Source: Adineta vaga (lineage: Eukaryota; Animalia; Rotifera). From it: a stretch of 64,000 nucleotides of DNA. Below are positions 14,001 to 26,557 of the stretch, in pieces. The DNA lies in assembly GCA_021613535.1 (NCBI GenBank), contig CP075492.1, forward strand, positions 17,670,001-17,734,000. Direction: 5' to 3'. Numbering within the stretch: the first letter of the stretch is position 1; every line of letters starts with the position of its first letter. The notes below the pieces were generated by a model, which saw only the letters and a program-made list of their open reading frames with translations, did not search any database and was not told the DNA's origin. A program made the translations under genes and the position numbers.

Positions 14001-16841
14001 TTTGTATATATTTCGAATCATATCTCGAAACCGAAAACGACAACAAAATCAAACACAAGGTATAGTATTGAGATAGAAAATAATGAATGTTCAATATGTT
14101 ATTCTTTCAAATTTAGTGCGACCGACATTTTTCAAACGAGCAAAAGCACTGATAAGAAAATCATTTAAACAATTAATTCGTTTAAATCTATTTTCCAAAA
14201 ATCATTTTGGACGTGATATTAATGAAATGACTGCAGAACATCTTGGACGGTGGACTACTGGAATCTATATTCTTCTACTCATTCTTGGTTTCATCATACT
14301 AGCCGTATATACTGTTGTTAAACCTGAATCTATAACAAAAACTTTTCCTAAACCATCTTTAAATTCATACACTAAACTTCAATTAATGTATGGAGATCAA
14401 CTCGTATGCTCATGTTCATTTGTTTCACCTATTCATCGCCAGTTTATAGAAATTCAACCGGTATTTCATCAAATTTGCTCAAATGTATTCATTTCAAAAG
14501 ATTGGCAAACAAGTTTTATATCTGGACTTGGATCGAATTTATTTATTTATGAACGTAAAGATTATCGGCGTTTTCTTTTGGCACACATATATTTTCTTTC
14601 TGGATTGTGTCATCTTTCAAAAGAATCAGCATATAATTCAATCGAACAATTTCTGTCTTCATTATTAGTAACTATTCAACTTTTATCACAAACAAATTTT
14701 AATCAACGTCTTAATTTACGAATACAACAAATGAAAACTACAGCTCCTAGAATCTTATCTCAAATTCTTGTCTTAATTAGAAATTTAAATCATGGAAATA
14801 GTATTATATCAACGTATGAAACAAATTTTCAATATATTGCTTCATGGGATCGATTCGATGATCGTAGTTATATACCAACTGAACCTTTAATCTATGATAA
14901 CCAATGTTCGTGTGCATTATATTCGAATTGTACGAGTCAGGCTTATTTTATTGATAGAAATTCTTCGAAAAAAATTCCTTTAAAAGGTTTGAAAATAGGA
15001 TGTACACCAAGTGAATCATTTCGTAGTTCGACTCTTGAATGTTTCTATGACTTATCATGTATTCAACAATATATTAATTGCGTCAATTCTAGTCAATTGA
15101 ACATATCTTCTATTGTTTTATCAATAAAAGAAAGTCAATTTTCAACGAGAACAACAATAGATGAACTAGTCGAGCATTTGTTCATAGACAATTGGAACAT
15201 AAAATTGAACTATTCATCCTATTATGATGCTTGTTCGCCTTCATCATGTTCATATACGTACATAAAACGAGTAAATCCATTGTATTTCGTAACTTTTCTA
15301 CTTGGTCTTCAAGGTGGTCTAACAATTGTTCTGAAAGTCATATGTCCTTGGATTGTTCGAATTAATTTCAAGATCAATCAATATCGAAAGAGACAAAGAA
15401 ATACTGTTGAACCTGAAAGCTCTTCTTCAAGAACAACGATCGAAATTATTCATCCATATGAAACACCACCTTTGTCGTTAAATTCATGTTCTAACAAAAC
15501 TATTTTGATATGTTTATTACTTATAATTATAATGACATCTTTGATACTCTTCTCTTTTTATGTTCTTCAACAAGGTATAACGAGGATTCTTTTGTGTTTC
15601 ACATATATACATATATATTCTATTGTTTAGGTTACACAGAATCAACTAAGGCAAACAATATCACAAGCACTACTATCATTATCAATACAACAACATTAGT
15701 TCAAACAAGTGAGTAAATATCGAAAAAGATATCTTTTTTTTTCTTTTGTTTATTGATAGAATGTCGGTTAAAATTTCAACCGATATCAAATTATACGAGT
15801 AATTCGGAAGTCAATCAACAATCACTTGTTATTGCAGATTTCAATAATGATAATCAATTTGATTTCGCTTATTTTGATCAAGATAGTAACAGTATCATTG
15901 TACGATTGGGTAATGGTACTGGATATTTCGAAGATGAAAGAAAATCTTTTGTTGAAATGGATCAGTATGTTCGTGGGATGACTGTCGCTGATTTGAACGA
16001 TGATAGTCAATTAGATCTTGTTTTATTTTATGACCATATGAATCAGATAAGTATTTTTATTGGAGATATTGACGGAACTTTTGAAACATTGATAACATTT
16101 GCAACGAACGATGAAACTTATCCGGAATATATTATTGCAACTCACTTAAATGATGACAGTTATTTCGATATTGTTGTTGCTAAATCTGGAGACAATACTA
16201 TTGGTATATTTCTTGGAAATAGTAATATAACTTTTTCAGAAGAGACAGTGTATTCAACTGGACGTATGAGTTCTCCTATTACATTAGCAGCTGTTTATTA
16301 CAATAGAGATAATTATCGCGATATTCTTGTACTCAATTCGGATACGCAACATGTTTGTCTATTTTTGGGAGATGGGAATGGTAAATTTCAAGCACAAAAA
16401 CCTTTTTTTTCTACAGCTGGCACGCATCCGACAAATATGGCGATTGCCGATGTTGATCATGATACTCGACTAGATTTTGTATTAGCATATCAGTTTTCAA
16501 ACAAGATAACTGTTATGCTTGGAGATGATAATCAAACTTTGGGTACAAGAAAAAGTTATTTTCTTCAAAATGCTGGAAGAACTTCGACAGCCATTATAAC
16601 TGATTTTGATAACGATGGATATTTAGATATTGGAGTTGGCCAAAGTAAACCCTTTAGTGCATCTATTCTAGTTGGTCATGGAAGTGAAAACTTTGACAAA
16701 CAAACAATATTTTCGTCTATTATTGACAGTTCATTCACTTTGATCGTTGCTGGTGATGTAAACAATGATGGATATCAAGATATTATTATCATGGAGAACG
16801 AATCTAAAACCATACATATTCTTTTGAACGAATGCGAATAA
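11064..16841 (+). CDS. Multi-exon membrane protein: three TM/Cys-rich modules plus C-terminal FG-GAP (VCBS) repeats
   Basis: Three repeats of TM-L.C(P/S)C-C.S.F-W-GC-C.P..C.Y-TM; last exon has DFNNDNQFD, DLNDDSQLD, DVDHDTRLD, DFDNDGYLD, DVNNDGYQD; ORFs joined by ~50-60-nt GT-AG introns. Confidence 0.85.
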
Positions 16842-16856
16842 AACAATATCTTTAGG

Positions 16857-16914
16857 TTTGATGGGGGTGGGTGTGGATGTGGCTTAAGAGTAAAGTCTAA
16901 CCCACACCCTCAAA
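16857..16914. repeat. Telomeric-repeat palindromic site 4
   Basis: tttgatgggggtgggtgtgg-core-cccacaccctcaaa, ~15 bp after the FG-GAP stop. Confidence 0.85.
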
Positions 16915-17311
16915 CTTCTCACTATATCTTATTTATTTTATTAAACAAAGAGTGATTTGAAATAAAATATCTTTATCAAGATGTAAGTGTTTGAATTCTA
17001 TTAATAACTGATTTTTTTCAATAACGTTAAATAAATATATCTTTTGGATTTAGTATTCTAAGTAGCTGCATCTACATTATTTTGTTTATTATTGAAGAAG
17101 GAGAAAAGAATTTCTTTTGCTATTATTGACACGATCACTTACATTACTTCAATTCTTTTTCTCTCATATGAGTGAAATTATTCATAGCTAGTCAATATAT
17201 ATGACTCATGTTTCTTGCACAATACAAAATCAGATTTTCTTTTGCCTCATTTCAATTCATTTTGTATATAAAAAGGCTATACAATATTTTTTTTCAAACG
17301 TCCTGTTTAAT

Positions 17312-18004
17312 ATGCTGAATATTTCAACATTTGAATGTTTACCGAATGAATTAATTATTCATATTTTTGGTTATTTGAAACCGGCAGAAAATTTTCAATC
17401 ATTTTTCGATTGTAACATTCGTCTTCGAAAATTAGTTAAACAATATGTATCATACAGTCGTCATGCACTTGATAAAGATATAACAAGATTTTCAACATTA
17501 CATAGTTGGTATAAACATTTAAATTTCAATAATGATGGTGTAACATTCTATATGGTACCATCAAAGGGTCAACAAGCACGTTATAGTTTCGATCCATGCA
17601 TTTCTGATTATAATGGTATTCATTGGCGTTTTTGGCAAATAAGACCTCAACTGACCGATGACAGAGTTGCACAAATTAGTGAAAAATATCCGATTAAACT
17701 CAATCCATTATTTGCTACTCATGGAGAAGCGAGGAGACTTTTTTTGGAAGATGGGGAAGATTTTATTCGTCGTTATCATCCATCACAATATGAATTATTG
17801 GCAACAACTCTTTTTTGTGAATCCTATATGAATATTCATAAAGATTATGAATATTCAGAAGATATCAGAAATATAAGAAAAATTATCGGTGAGAATGAAC
17901 GTAAACGTTTAAGAAATATTATACAACAAGCTGCACATTCTATATGGAAAGATATACAAGAATTAGAAGATATTAATATATTAACAATTAATTTTAACAC
18001 ATAA
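17312..18004 (+). CDS. F-box-domain protein
   Basis: N-terminal STFECLPNELIIHIFGYL...SFFDCNIRLRKLV. Confidence 0.75.
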   Translation: MLNISTFECLPNELIIHIFGYLKPAENFQSFFDCNIRLRKLVKQYVSYSRHALDKDITRFSTLHSWYKHLNFNNDGVTFYMVPSKGQQARYSFDPCISDYNGIHWRFWQIRPQLTDDRVAQISEKYPIKLNPLFATHGEARRLFLEDGEDFIRRYHPSQYELLATTLFCESYMNIHKDYEYSEDIRNIRKIIGENERKRLRNIIQQAAHSIWKDIQELEDINILTINFNT

Positions 18005-18080
18005 TATATTTTATTATATGAAGATTTTAAACATACTGTATTTGTTCTATGAATTTTTTAATAAAGTTCTATTTATTTAT

Positions 18081-18136
18081 ATAGGTTGTGATTGTGGAAA
18101 GGTGCAAGTCAGTGTCTCTATCCACTCACATCCTAT
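18081..18136. repeat. Telomeric-repeat palindromic site 5 (degenerate)
   Basis: ataggttgtgattgtgga...tccactcacatcctat inverted pair. Confidence 0.6.
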
Positions 18137-18781
18137 CTATCTCGACGAAAACGTCGAAAAGCACATTACAGTGTAGTAGACCTCCTTCAACGTTACCCGA
18201 TACGTGTTTCATGGTGAGAGAATCGATACACATCGTCACTAAAACACATTCGATCCGCATGGACTCTCTCCGATCGATAACATTGAGTTAGTGAAACAGA
18301 ACACAAGAATGGAAAGAACGTTTCATGTGATTTCGTGCTCTATCTCACATCACTGTGTCACATGGCAAGAAAGTAAACAAGTCTTTCAGCGATATTTGCA
18401 TCGGTGAGTATCATGTTTTAAAACGATGTTTCACAGGTAATGTTAGTCAGTAGAAAATGCAAGTCTCGGAGTGGACGAAGCTTCCCACTAGTCACAGCTT
18501 CGTTACTTCTTCCATCGCGAATCGGTAAGACTAATGTGTGAATGTTATATGAAGTTTTATGATATAAGAAAAATACATGAAGACAAAAAAAAGTGCGGTT
18601 ACATCTGCTGCACTTTTCTTCGATGCGCCTAGCTGTCTATGTATGAAACAGCTGCGTTCAAACTTCCCTGTAGAAGTAACGTATCTTACCTTTTGTATAT
18701 ATCAATGTATCGGTGATTCTGACTGATAGATCTCTTTTTATATATATTCTCATTCTCAACGAGCAAGTATTGGTTGAAGGC

Positions 18782-20350
18782 ATGAGTACTACCACTACAA
18801 CGACGTCGAAGTCAGATATCTGTCTGGCTATTGTTCTGTATATTGTGCAAGGTATTAATCTCGGTCTAACCAGTAGCATCCCGTTGTTTCTGATCAATTA
18901 CGGTGCGACATGGAAAGATCAAGGTACTTTCAATTTCGCCTTGTATCCATTCTCGTTAAAATTACTCTGGGCTCCACTGGTCGATTCTCTCTACATCAAA
19001 CGACTTGGAAGACGAAAATCATGGCTCGTTCCAGTGCAACTGACCATAGCTGTCGTCCTTTTTTCGTTATCATTTTACATCGAATCGTTGCTCGTCAACA
19101 ATCGCATCGTCCTACTGACTGTCGCGTTCTTCGTCATCATGTTTCTTACTGCCACTGAAGACATCTGTGTCGATGGATTGGCTGTGACGTTGTTTACCGC
19201 GACGAATCCTCAATGGGCGTCGACTTCGCAAGGTGTCGGACAAACGCTCGGTCGCTTTCTTGGTTCGTCGTTTCTTCTGACACTCGAATCCGCCAATTTC
19301 ACAAATCAATTTATCCGTGAACCACTGTCTTTGTCTCCTCAAGCATCAGGTTTATTCACACTCGAACAGTTCTTACGCTTCGTTGCCTGTATTTTTGTCA
19401 CTGTTGCCATCTGTGTCATCGTATTTGTTCGAGAAAGAGAAGAAACGGTCACCGACAATGGCAAGCAAACCAATGATCCCGCTGTGATCGAGACTTATCT
19501 TTCCATTCTCCGATTGCTCAGAAAGACATGTGTGCAACAGTTGGCTCTTGTTTTACTTCTCGGTCCAATTGCCTTTGTGGCGATCACTTATATGACTCCT
19601 GTTGAATTAATCAGGTAAGCGACGAATGTTCATGCAAACACAACACACTCTATCAAGACAAGAAGAATCACCGTTTTCATGATCTAATCTGTTCGTTTTG
19701 TTTTTAGTCAAGGTGTATCACGGGAGAATTTAGCACTGATTAGTATTCCAATAACTCTGATCACCATTGTCGCACCTCTGACGATTCGGCATACTACTCA
19801 ACCTCTGATTTGGCTAGCCAGATCCCACGTGTCATTCATTATCACTGCGATTCCACTCGCTCTTTACGTCTATTGGACGCCTCATCTGGTTTCCTCTGGT
19901 TATTACTATCCAGTGCTTATTCTACTTTGTGGTTCGAGTGAATTCATTCGAATACTACAAACGACCGCTTACATTGGATTCTACGCATCTGTCAGTGACC
20001 CACGTATCGGTGGTACCTATATGACCTTTCTCGTTACTATCAGCAATCTAGGTTATGCTCTCAACTCATCGATTATTCTTTATGCTGCGAACTGGTTTCC
20101 GAAAAAGTATGATTTCATCATTGCAGTAGGCTTATGCACCGTTCTGGGCATTCTGTGGATTTGTTTATCTTATCGAACATTGAAACGATTGCAACGTCTG
20201 CCTGCTAGCAAATGGCATTTGAGACAACGAGCGACTTTAAATCACGGCGCTGCGTCGGAAGAACAATCTCAAGATGAACATGAACTATCGTGCATTCCAA
20301 ACAACGACATCGACTGCATTGAACGTGTCAATGGAGACACTAAGAACTAA
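18782..20350 (+). CDS. Acetyl-CoA transporter 1 / AmpG-like MFS transporter (intron 19615-19707)
   Basis: LYIVQGI.LGL, YPFSLKLLWAPLVDS, GRRKSWLVPVQ, ATEDICVDG, SDPRIGGTYMTFL.TISNLG (SLC33A1 family motifs). Confidence 0.9.
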
Positions 20351-20459
20351 AGTACAGACCCGCCTACGAGTACTTTTCATTTCTACTCAGAGAGAACGAA
20401 TCAATGCGCAGGAGATTTAACTTCGCCACTAAACTGACTGTTGTGAACTTGCTTCTTTT

Positions 20460-20864
20460 CTTGAGGATGTGTATAATTATCACAAATACAGAGTATTTTC
20501 ATTTTTTTGAGAAAAAATGATCAGAATGGTTGTTATTTGACGGTTTATTGGAGATCTAGAATAGAAATACAGATTTAGAAGCTTTGTTTGACGGAATTGA
20601 TACATTCGGTTAAAATGTTATCGTTTTGAAATAGAATTCGCAAAGTTTGTTGAATGTTAATTCGTGCACACTGATTCATATTCATATGACAGTTTTTAAT
20701 GGCATAGTGATATTTTTAGCAACATTTGAAGGTTTGCTTGATTTCACTTGTTTATTTAGTATTCTATGTTTTTCTTCATTTACTTTTTGAATATATTGTA
20801 GAAAATTTGTTTCCAGCTTAGATATTGATATAATTCTTTCCTCACTCACACTCACACCCTCAAG
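20460..20864. repeat. Telomeric-repeat site 6, arms separated by ~360 bp
   Basis: cttgaggatgtgtataatta at 20460 (matches the start of the core at 44624) and ctcacactcacaccctcaag at 20845-20864. Confidence 0.65.
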
Positions 20865-20976
20865 AAACAACACGGTGGCAGATATCGACCCTAATCCGAA
20901 AGGGTCCTTTCAAAACAGGAATTAGTTGAGAATTTGTATCACTTATGTTGAAGTGATTGTTTTACTAAGGATAAGT

Positions 20977-21829
20977 TCATTTATGGGCTAAAATACCAAT
21001 TACATCAGGAAATTTGAGGAAGTCTTCGTACTTGTCAATGGCACCCGCAACTGTTACAGGCACCCATTCAAAATGTTTAAAGCCAGCTTTCTGGAATGCT
21101 TGCTCATAAATGGTACGTGAAAAATAATATGTTGTGTACGAAAATGACGAACCGTCCGAATTGATTTGCATGTTTTTGATTTGGGCTCCATCGACTAGTG
21201 GTGTTTCAGCTTCACAACGATAATTCTGATATCTATCGGAATTGATAATATTTTCACTATCGCGTACATTCAAAGTAATACTGAGAAAGTGAGCTTGGTC
21301 CCTATCATTCAGTTGCTCGCCGATAATATATACCATCCGATCAAGTTCATCAATTGTCTTAGCATAGTTAAGGAGATAAAAGGCTACGACAATATCGAAC
21401 TTTTTCTCGGGCTTAACCAAATTTAATACATCTAAGACGTGATAGACAATACCAAGTGGATGAGCTTCTTCACTGGCGCGAGCAATAGCAATCATATTGG
21501 CACTTATATCAACGCCAACTACATCTTCACAGCCGAGTTCTTCTTTAAGTTTTCCTATTAACGTAAAAGACAGGAAATTTGAATAACGGACCATTGAACT
21601 TTAACATTAAAAGCGACTCCTTACTTGTTAAATATCCTCCACCACAGGCAAGATCTAAAACACGATAACTCGCCAGAACGTTTTTTACATCAATTGTTGT
21701 CGCGTCTTTGATACCCAATGCTGGTAAGAGTAAACGATGAACAAATGTGTAATACTCGACATTCTCACAAAAACTACTATGCAGTTTGTAAGCCAAATAT
21801 TTCTCAGCAATTTCGTCGTACTGCGCCAT
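20977..21829 (-). CDS. Class I SAM-dependent methyltransferase, ToxA-like (intron 21624-21555)
   Basis: MAQYDEIAEKY..K..VE, VLDLACGGG, VVGVDIS, FDIVVAFYLLNYA, YEQAFQKAGF. Confidence 0.85.
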
Positions 21830-22298
21830 TCGAGTGGTGTGTTGATGAATGAAAAGAAAGAGAATGATAACAGCGAAAGTGCAGTTGGCCAAACATAAAA
21901 GTAAGTAAGAAAGAAAGAAAGAAAGGGAATGCTGTATTTCTGTCCTGTCACATGTGCAATGATTTTTACTTTCTCCTCTCCCTCGTAGTCTACCGCGTAT
22001 TTCGTAAGATAACACCGCTGTTGATTTGAATTAAGAAAATATAACGAAGGTGTACTATTGTTGAGTCATCATGTTGAAAACATCGTGAATATCAAAGGAA
22101 ATAATGACTACTCACACACACGTTTTAGATAAAAACAATATATCTGTTATCGAACCACTCATTGATGCTTCTCTATATTTATTTATTTTAATTACATTGT
22201 ACGTTATTCTCTATATAGTGTCATCGTCTTTCGATATCTTTGATTATACAGATGGCGTTTATTGTTCAAGATATGGCCTGATCTTATGAGTTCAAATA

Positions 22299-23312
22299 CA
22301 GTGGCTGTCAAAATTATTCAACCATCGATGAAAAAAAATTTATCCATGTGTTTCTCCGAAGCGAAAAGTGCTGTTGGATCCTGAATTTCTTGACGAAGAG
22401 TCAAGAGAAGCACACCGTTATCGCGATTTTGATTTAAACACTTTAATACTAAAATAAAGTATCTATCGGTAAATTAGAACCGATGGTTACTGGATAAGTT
22501 CAAATTGATATCGTGATAAAGAAAAGAAATAAAAAGTCAAAACAAAGACCTACATACCTCAAAGTTAATTCTCTAGTTTAATCATGCATAGACATTTTAC
22601 TTCAAAGCATTAAAATCTGTACTAGTTCGATATAAAACAGAACTGGATTTTGATTCTTACTACAACATATATTTCGAGAAAAACTATCGGATTAATATTT
22701 TGTACATAACGTATTTGACTGTTTTATAAATATTCAGCGAACAAAAAAAGGAAATAAATCTACTGTGCTTTTGAAATTTATTTGCAAGCTTTTCCATCTC
22801 CGTTTCTGAGTGTTTTTTATGTTTCTCATTCGATATTTAAGCATTAATTGTACTTTGCACGGTTTTCCTCTGTAGTAGTGACATGAATTATGAATCGATG
22901 AACTGCCGTACTGGATTGCAGATAACAAACAAGATTTATGAGGTTTTGTTCAACCGAATGCTAATTTTTCTCTTTTCAAAATTGTTGACCATCAAATTGA
23001 ATTTTCTTTGAAAATAAGTTTTAATCTATTATTATGATTAACGATCGTATGACTTAAAAAGCACTAAGCGGGTACTTATTTATGGTCTATCCATTTATAT
23101 GAAGCTACGTATTCAAGTCCTCAGTTCTGAGTGGATTTGAAACCGCTCATTGGAGTTTATTCTCAATCCTATCAATAACGATTCTAGATGTTTCATTTTT
23201 GTTCTAAGAAAAGGTAATAATGATATGTTTTCAATGCACACATTTGATTAAAATTAAACCTTATGAAAAAATCGAGAAACTAACTGGTTAGAATATTCGA
23301 TGACAACTAGTG
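22299..23312. mobile_element. Old Tc1-like non-autonomous element
   Basis: TA-cagtggctgtcaaaattattcaacca versus the reverse complement cactagttgtcatcgaatattctaacca. Confidence 0.4.
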
Positions 23313-23486
23313 TGCAATGATTATAATAATACTTGATACTGATAAGAATAGATGTTTTTTCCAGTTTAAATGTTTATTTGTATAATGTTGTCTACAAAGA
23401 AAATATATAGAATTAGTTCAGTTTGATAAAATATCATCGAAATATTATATTAGCATAACATACCTGGTGTATTGCAACGATCAACA

Positions 23487-23711
23487 TTAACGTCCCGTAT
23501 AACTAGCACAATTAGCCCAAGGACAACACGGGAGATCCCCACAACACTTAGCTTCGTTATTATTATGAATAAGACAACAAGTAGCATAAGCAACTTTGCA
23601 ATTTCCTCGTGTATATCGTACCAAATTTTCCAGAACGCTGCCTGCATTACAGGATGTCATCAAAAATGCCATGATCAAAACCAAATAAATTATTATTTTT
23701 ATTTTGCCCAT
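23487..23711 (-). CDS. Small secreted Cys-rich peptide
   Basis: Hydrophobic signal peptide; mature region C-CC-CC-CC-C; C-terminal GR. Confidence 0.7.
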   Translation of the reverse strand: MGKIKIIIYLVLIMAFLMTSCNAGSVLENLVRYTRGNCKVAYATCCLIHNNNEAKCCGDLPCCPWANCASYTGR

Positions 23712-24385
23712 CTTGTGACTATGAATTATAAAAGAAATTTAGGTACATAGAGTAGGACACGAACATTACTAAGTTGTTTTCTCAAATTCTATTGAATGCA
23801 AAGCTTTTGTTTCTAATTTCTAATCGACATATGTACTCCCAAGAATAATTTATCTTATTAATTTTCCGTATCTAAACTTTAATCATCATCTCATTCGTAT
23901 TCTTAAGAGTTAACTATCACTTTTGATCGTCAAAATCTGTAGCAATTTGAAAAACGTTTTGAAAATGTAAAAATTCAGAATGGAATCAACTTTGTAATGC
24001 ATTTAATTTCTTACCTATTCGATCTCAAAAAGAATGTTTCTAATAGCTAGTTTTAAAACAAGCTGATTATATGATATAGATTGCTGCTCCTTATATACAT
24101 ATGGATTGACGAAATTTCAGAAGAAAAATTTCACATATTTATTTCTATGTATTAGGAGAAATGATAAAAATATATCTGTGCACATTTCGTTTATCAAAAC
24201 ATTGAATAACGTGTGTGTCAGCTGCTTTTTCATCCCACAGCAATAGGCCAACGTTTGATGAAAACGACACTGAAATAAGTAAGCCATTTCGGTTCTTATT
24301 TTGTCACGATTGCATTGCAAAGAATCGATATATAAGAAACTGATTCTCTACTGTTTCAAATCACTTACTCGTCGTGAAATTAAAA

Positions 24386-24430
24386 TGGTGTGGGTGAGAA
24401 AAAGGGTAATAACTACACCCACACCCTCGA
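24386..24430. repeat. Telomeric-repeat palindromic site 7
   Basis: ggtgtgggtg-core-cacccacaccctcga; directly abuts the truncated mariner. Confidence 0.85.
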
Positions 24431-25149
24431 AGTTATATCACGTTGGGTCGTCGATCAACTGACCGATGAACAAAAGCAAGAACGCGTTAAAATTTGTCGT
24501 CGAAATTTAGCAAAGTTTCGAAATGGGACGTGGAAATTAAATGACATCGTTACCGATGATGAGACATGGATTTATCAAGGACAAATTGGTCAAAAGTCTA
24601 TAGTAATGCTACCTGGATTAGTGAGAATGAACCACCTATGACGATTGTTCGTCGAAATAGCTTTGAGCCTAAGACATTATTTTGTTTTTTCTTTAATTCA
24701 GGTGCTCTTGTTCTTATTCATAAAGTACGGATAAAGGGAACACTATCGACCACAACTATTATACCGATAATTGTCTCGAACGTGTTGTCAGTGAAACACG
24801 ACAGCAAGCAAAATCATCGCACACAAAATATAGCAAATTACTTCATGATAATGGTAGTCCTCATACTTATTCCGATGCTATTGACTTTTTAACCGAAGGA
24901 GGTATTGAAAAAATGCCCCATCCTCCATATTCGCGCGGATCTTGCTCCATGCGACTTTTGCTTAAATGATTACATCACAAGCGCAATCTGACCGATCAAC
25001 CGAACGAAGAATCGCTAGCTCAGGAGGTTTACAAAGTAATGAAGAATATTCTCGAAAAAGAGTTCAAAAAGACTTTCGATAAACTGCTAGAAAGAATGGA
25101 ACTTTGTATTAGTAGTAATGATAGCTATTTTGAACATTTAATGAAATAA
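24431..25149 (+). pseudogene. Mariner (DD34D) transposase, 5'-truncated and frameshifted
   Basis: SRWV..LTDEQKQERV, IVTDDETWIY, LLHDN.SPH, HPPYS.DLAPCDF, CI...YFEH across shifted frames. Confidence 0.85.
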
Positions 25150-25657
25150 AACTGAAACTATCTTCTTCGTTTATATTTTAATTCAATATTGTCGGAGCTT
25201 AAGTTTAGTATTGAGTATAATAAACTTTATATAAAGGAGTATTGAATTCAAATCCAAGATGCAGTTATTCGATACATTATTGTAGAAGAGGCATTCCACT
25301 ATACAGGTCGATTACGTTATTTTTAATAGTTTTTCATAATCTATCCTGGCTAAACAAAACTTCAATCTCTTTTTATTTCAATGCAGGTAGATAGAGCATC
25401 ATTTACTCTACCGAGCTATACTATTTTCATCTTATTTGTTATGATTCTTCTACAAAAAAGTGCTCAGTTACAAACAAGTCCTTTAAAATTTTTTGAAGGT
25501 ATATAATACATTGGATATTTCGTCGTTTCATCATCATATAACTCGTATTGAGCAAACAAACATAACCTCTGATCGTTCCAAGAAAAATCAAGTACTCATC
25601 GAAAAATACTAAATTCATTTTATTGTGTAACCGATATATTTTAAGGTTTTTCGTTAA

Positions 25658-25721
25658 GCGTGTGGGTGTGGGTGTGGGTGGGTGTTAGATAGATGTAGTA
25701 CCCACACCCCACATCCTCAAG
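25658..25721. repeat. Telomeric-repeat palindromic site 8 (core A)
   Basis: (gggtgt)n-ttagatagatgtagta-cccacacccc...cctcaag. Confidence 0.9.
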
Positions 25722-26111
25722 AACTACTTGTCGTTTATTTTGAATTATTCAAATACATTTTATAAAATAAAATTTCGAGATTTTCATTTCAAGGATACTT
25801 TACTTTCTTTTGATCTTTTTTACCGTATATAATGGTAGAATCTTAGGTAGTTTATCATATGAATGAGTAAAAAGAATATATTCATGTCCTCCGGATTCTT
25901 TATCCTCTCTTAAGGAAAAATAATGATATATATATTTGAGATCAAATTCCTATGTTTTAATTAGTTTTGAAATGTGTTCTTTGGCATAAATCAAAATTTT
26001 ATTGGAAAAATTAGAGATAACATTTACTCAGCATAATAATTAAATACTATTTCTCCTGTCTTTCTTGGTTACAAAGTAAACGTGTTTTCTTTCTCAGAAA
26101 AAAATGTTCAT

Positions 26112-26148
26112 TAAGTGTGTGGATGAGGTAAAGACACTCACACCCTTA
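26112..26148. repeat. Telomeric-repeat palindromic site 9 (short)
   Basis: taagtgtgtgg...ctcacaccctta. Confidence 0.65.
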
Positions 26149-26557
26149 TCGAACGAGATCAATTAATTCTCAATCGTTAAAAATGAATTTAAATCGACAA
26201 AATGTAACTTGTTCTAATTATTTTTCTCTGTCACAAAATCTTACGTTTCCTCTCAAAAATTCTGATTTAAGTAGGCATGATATTCGATGTTGATTAAAAC
26301 AGTTAGTTTTTAAGCTTCGATATTTACAGCAGATGTTAACTTACATCTGCATATCATTTTGTTCAAAGCTGTAGTTGTCGCAAAACTTTCATAAAGCGAA
26401 TAAAATACTTATTTGACAAATATGTTGTTATTTAACTTAAAAACCTAATTGACGAGAAAAAAAACTTTTCTTTGTTCATTTTGTGAAAAAGATAAGAAAA
26501 TAATGTTGATGATTTTTGTAGATCTTAGCTGGCAAACGTATTTTAACTGAATTAAAC

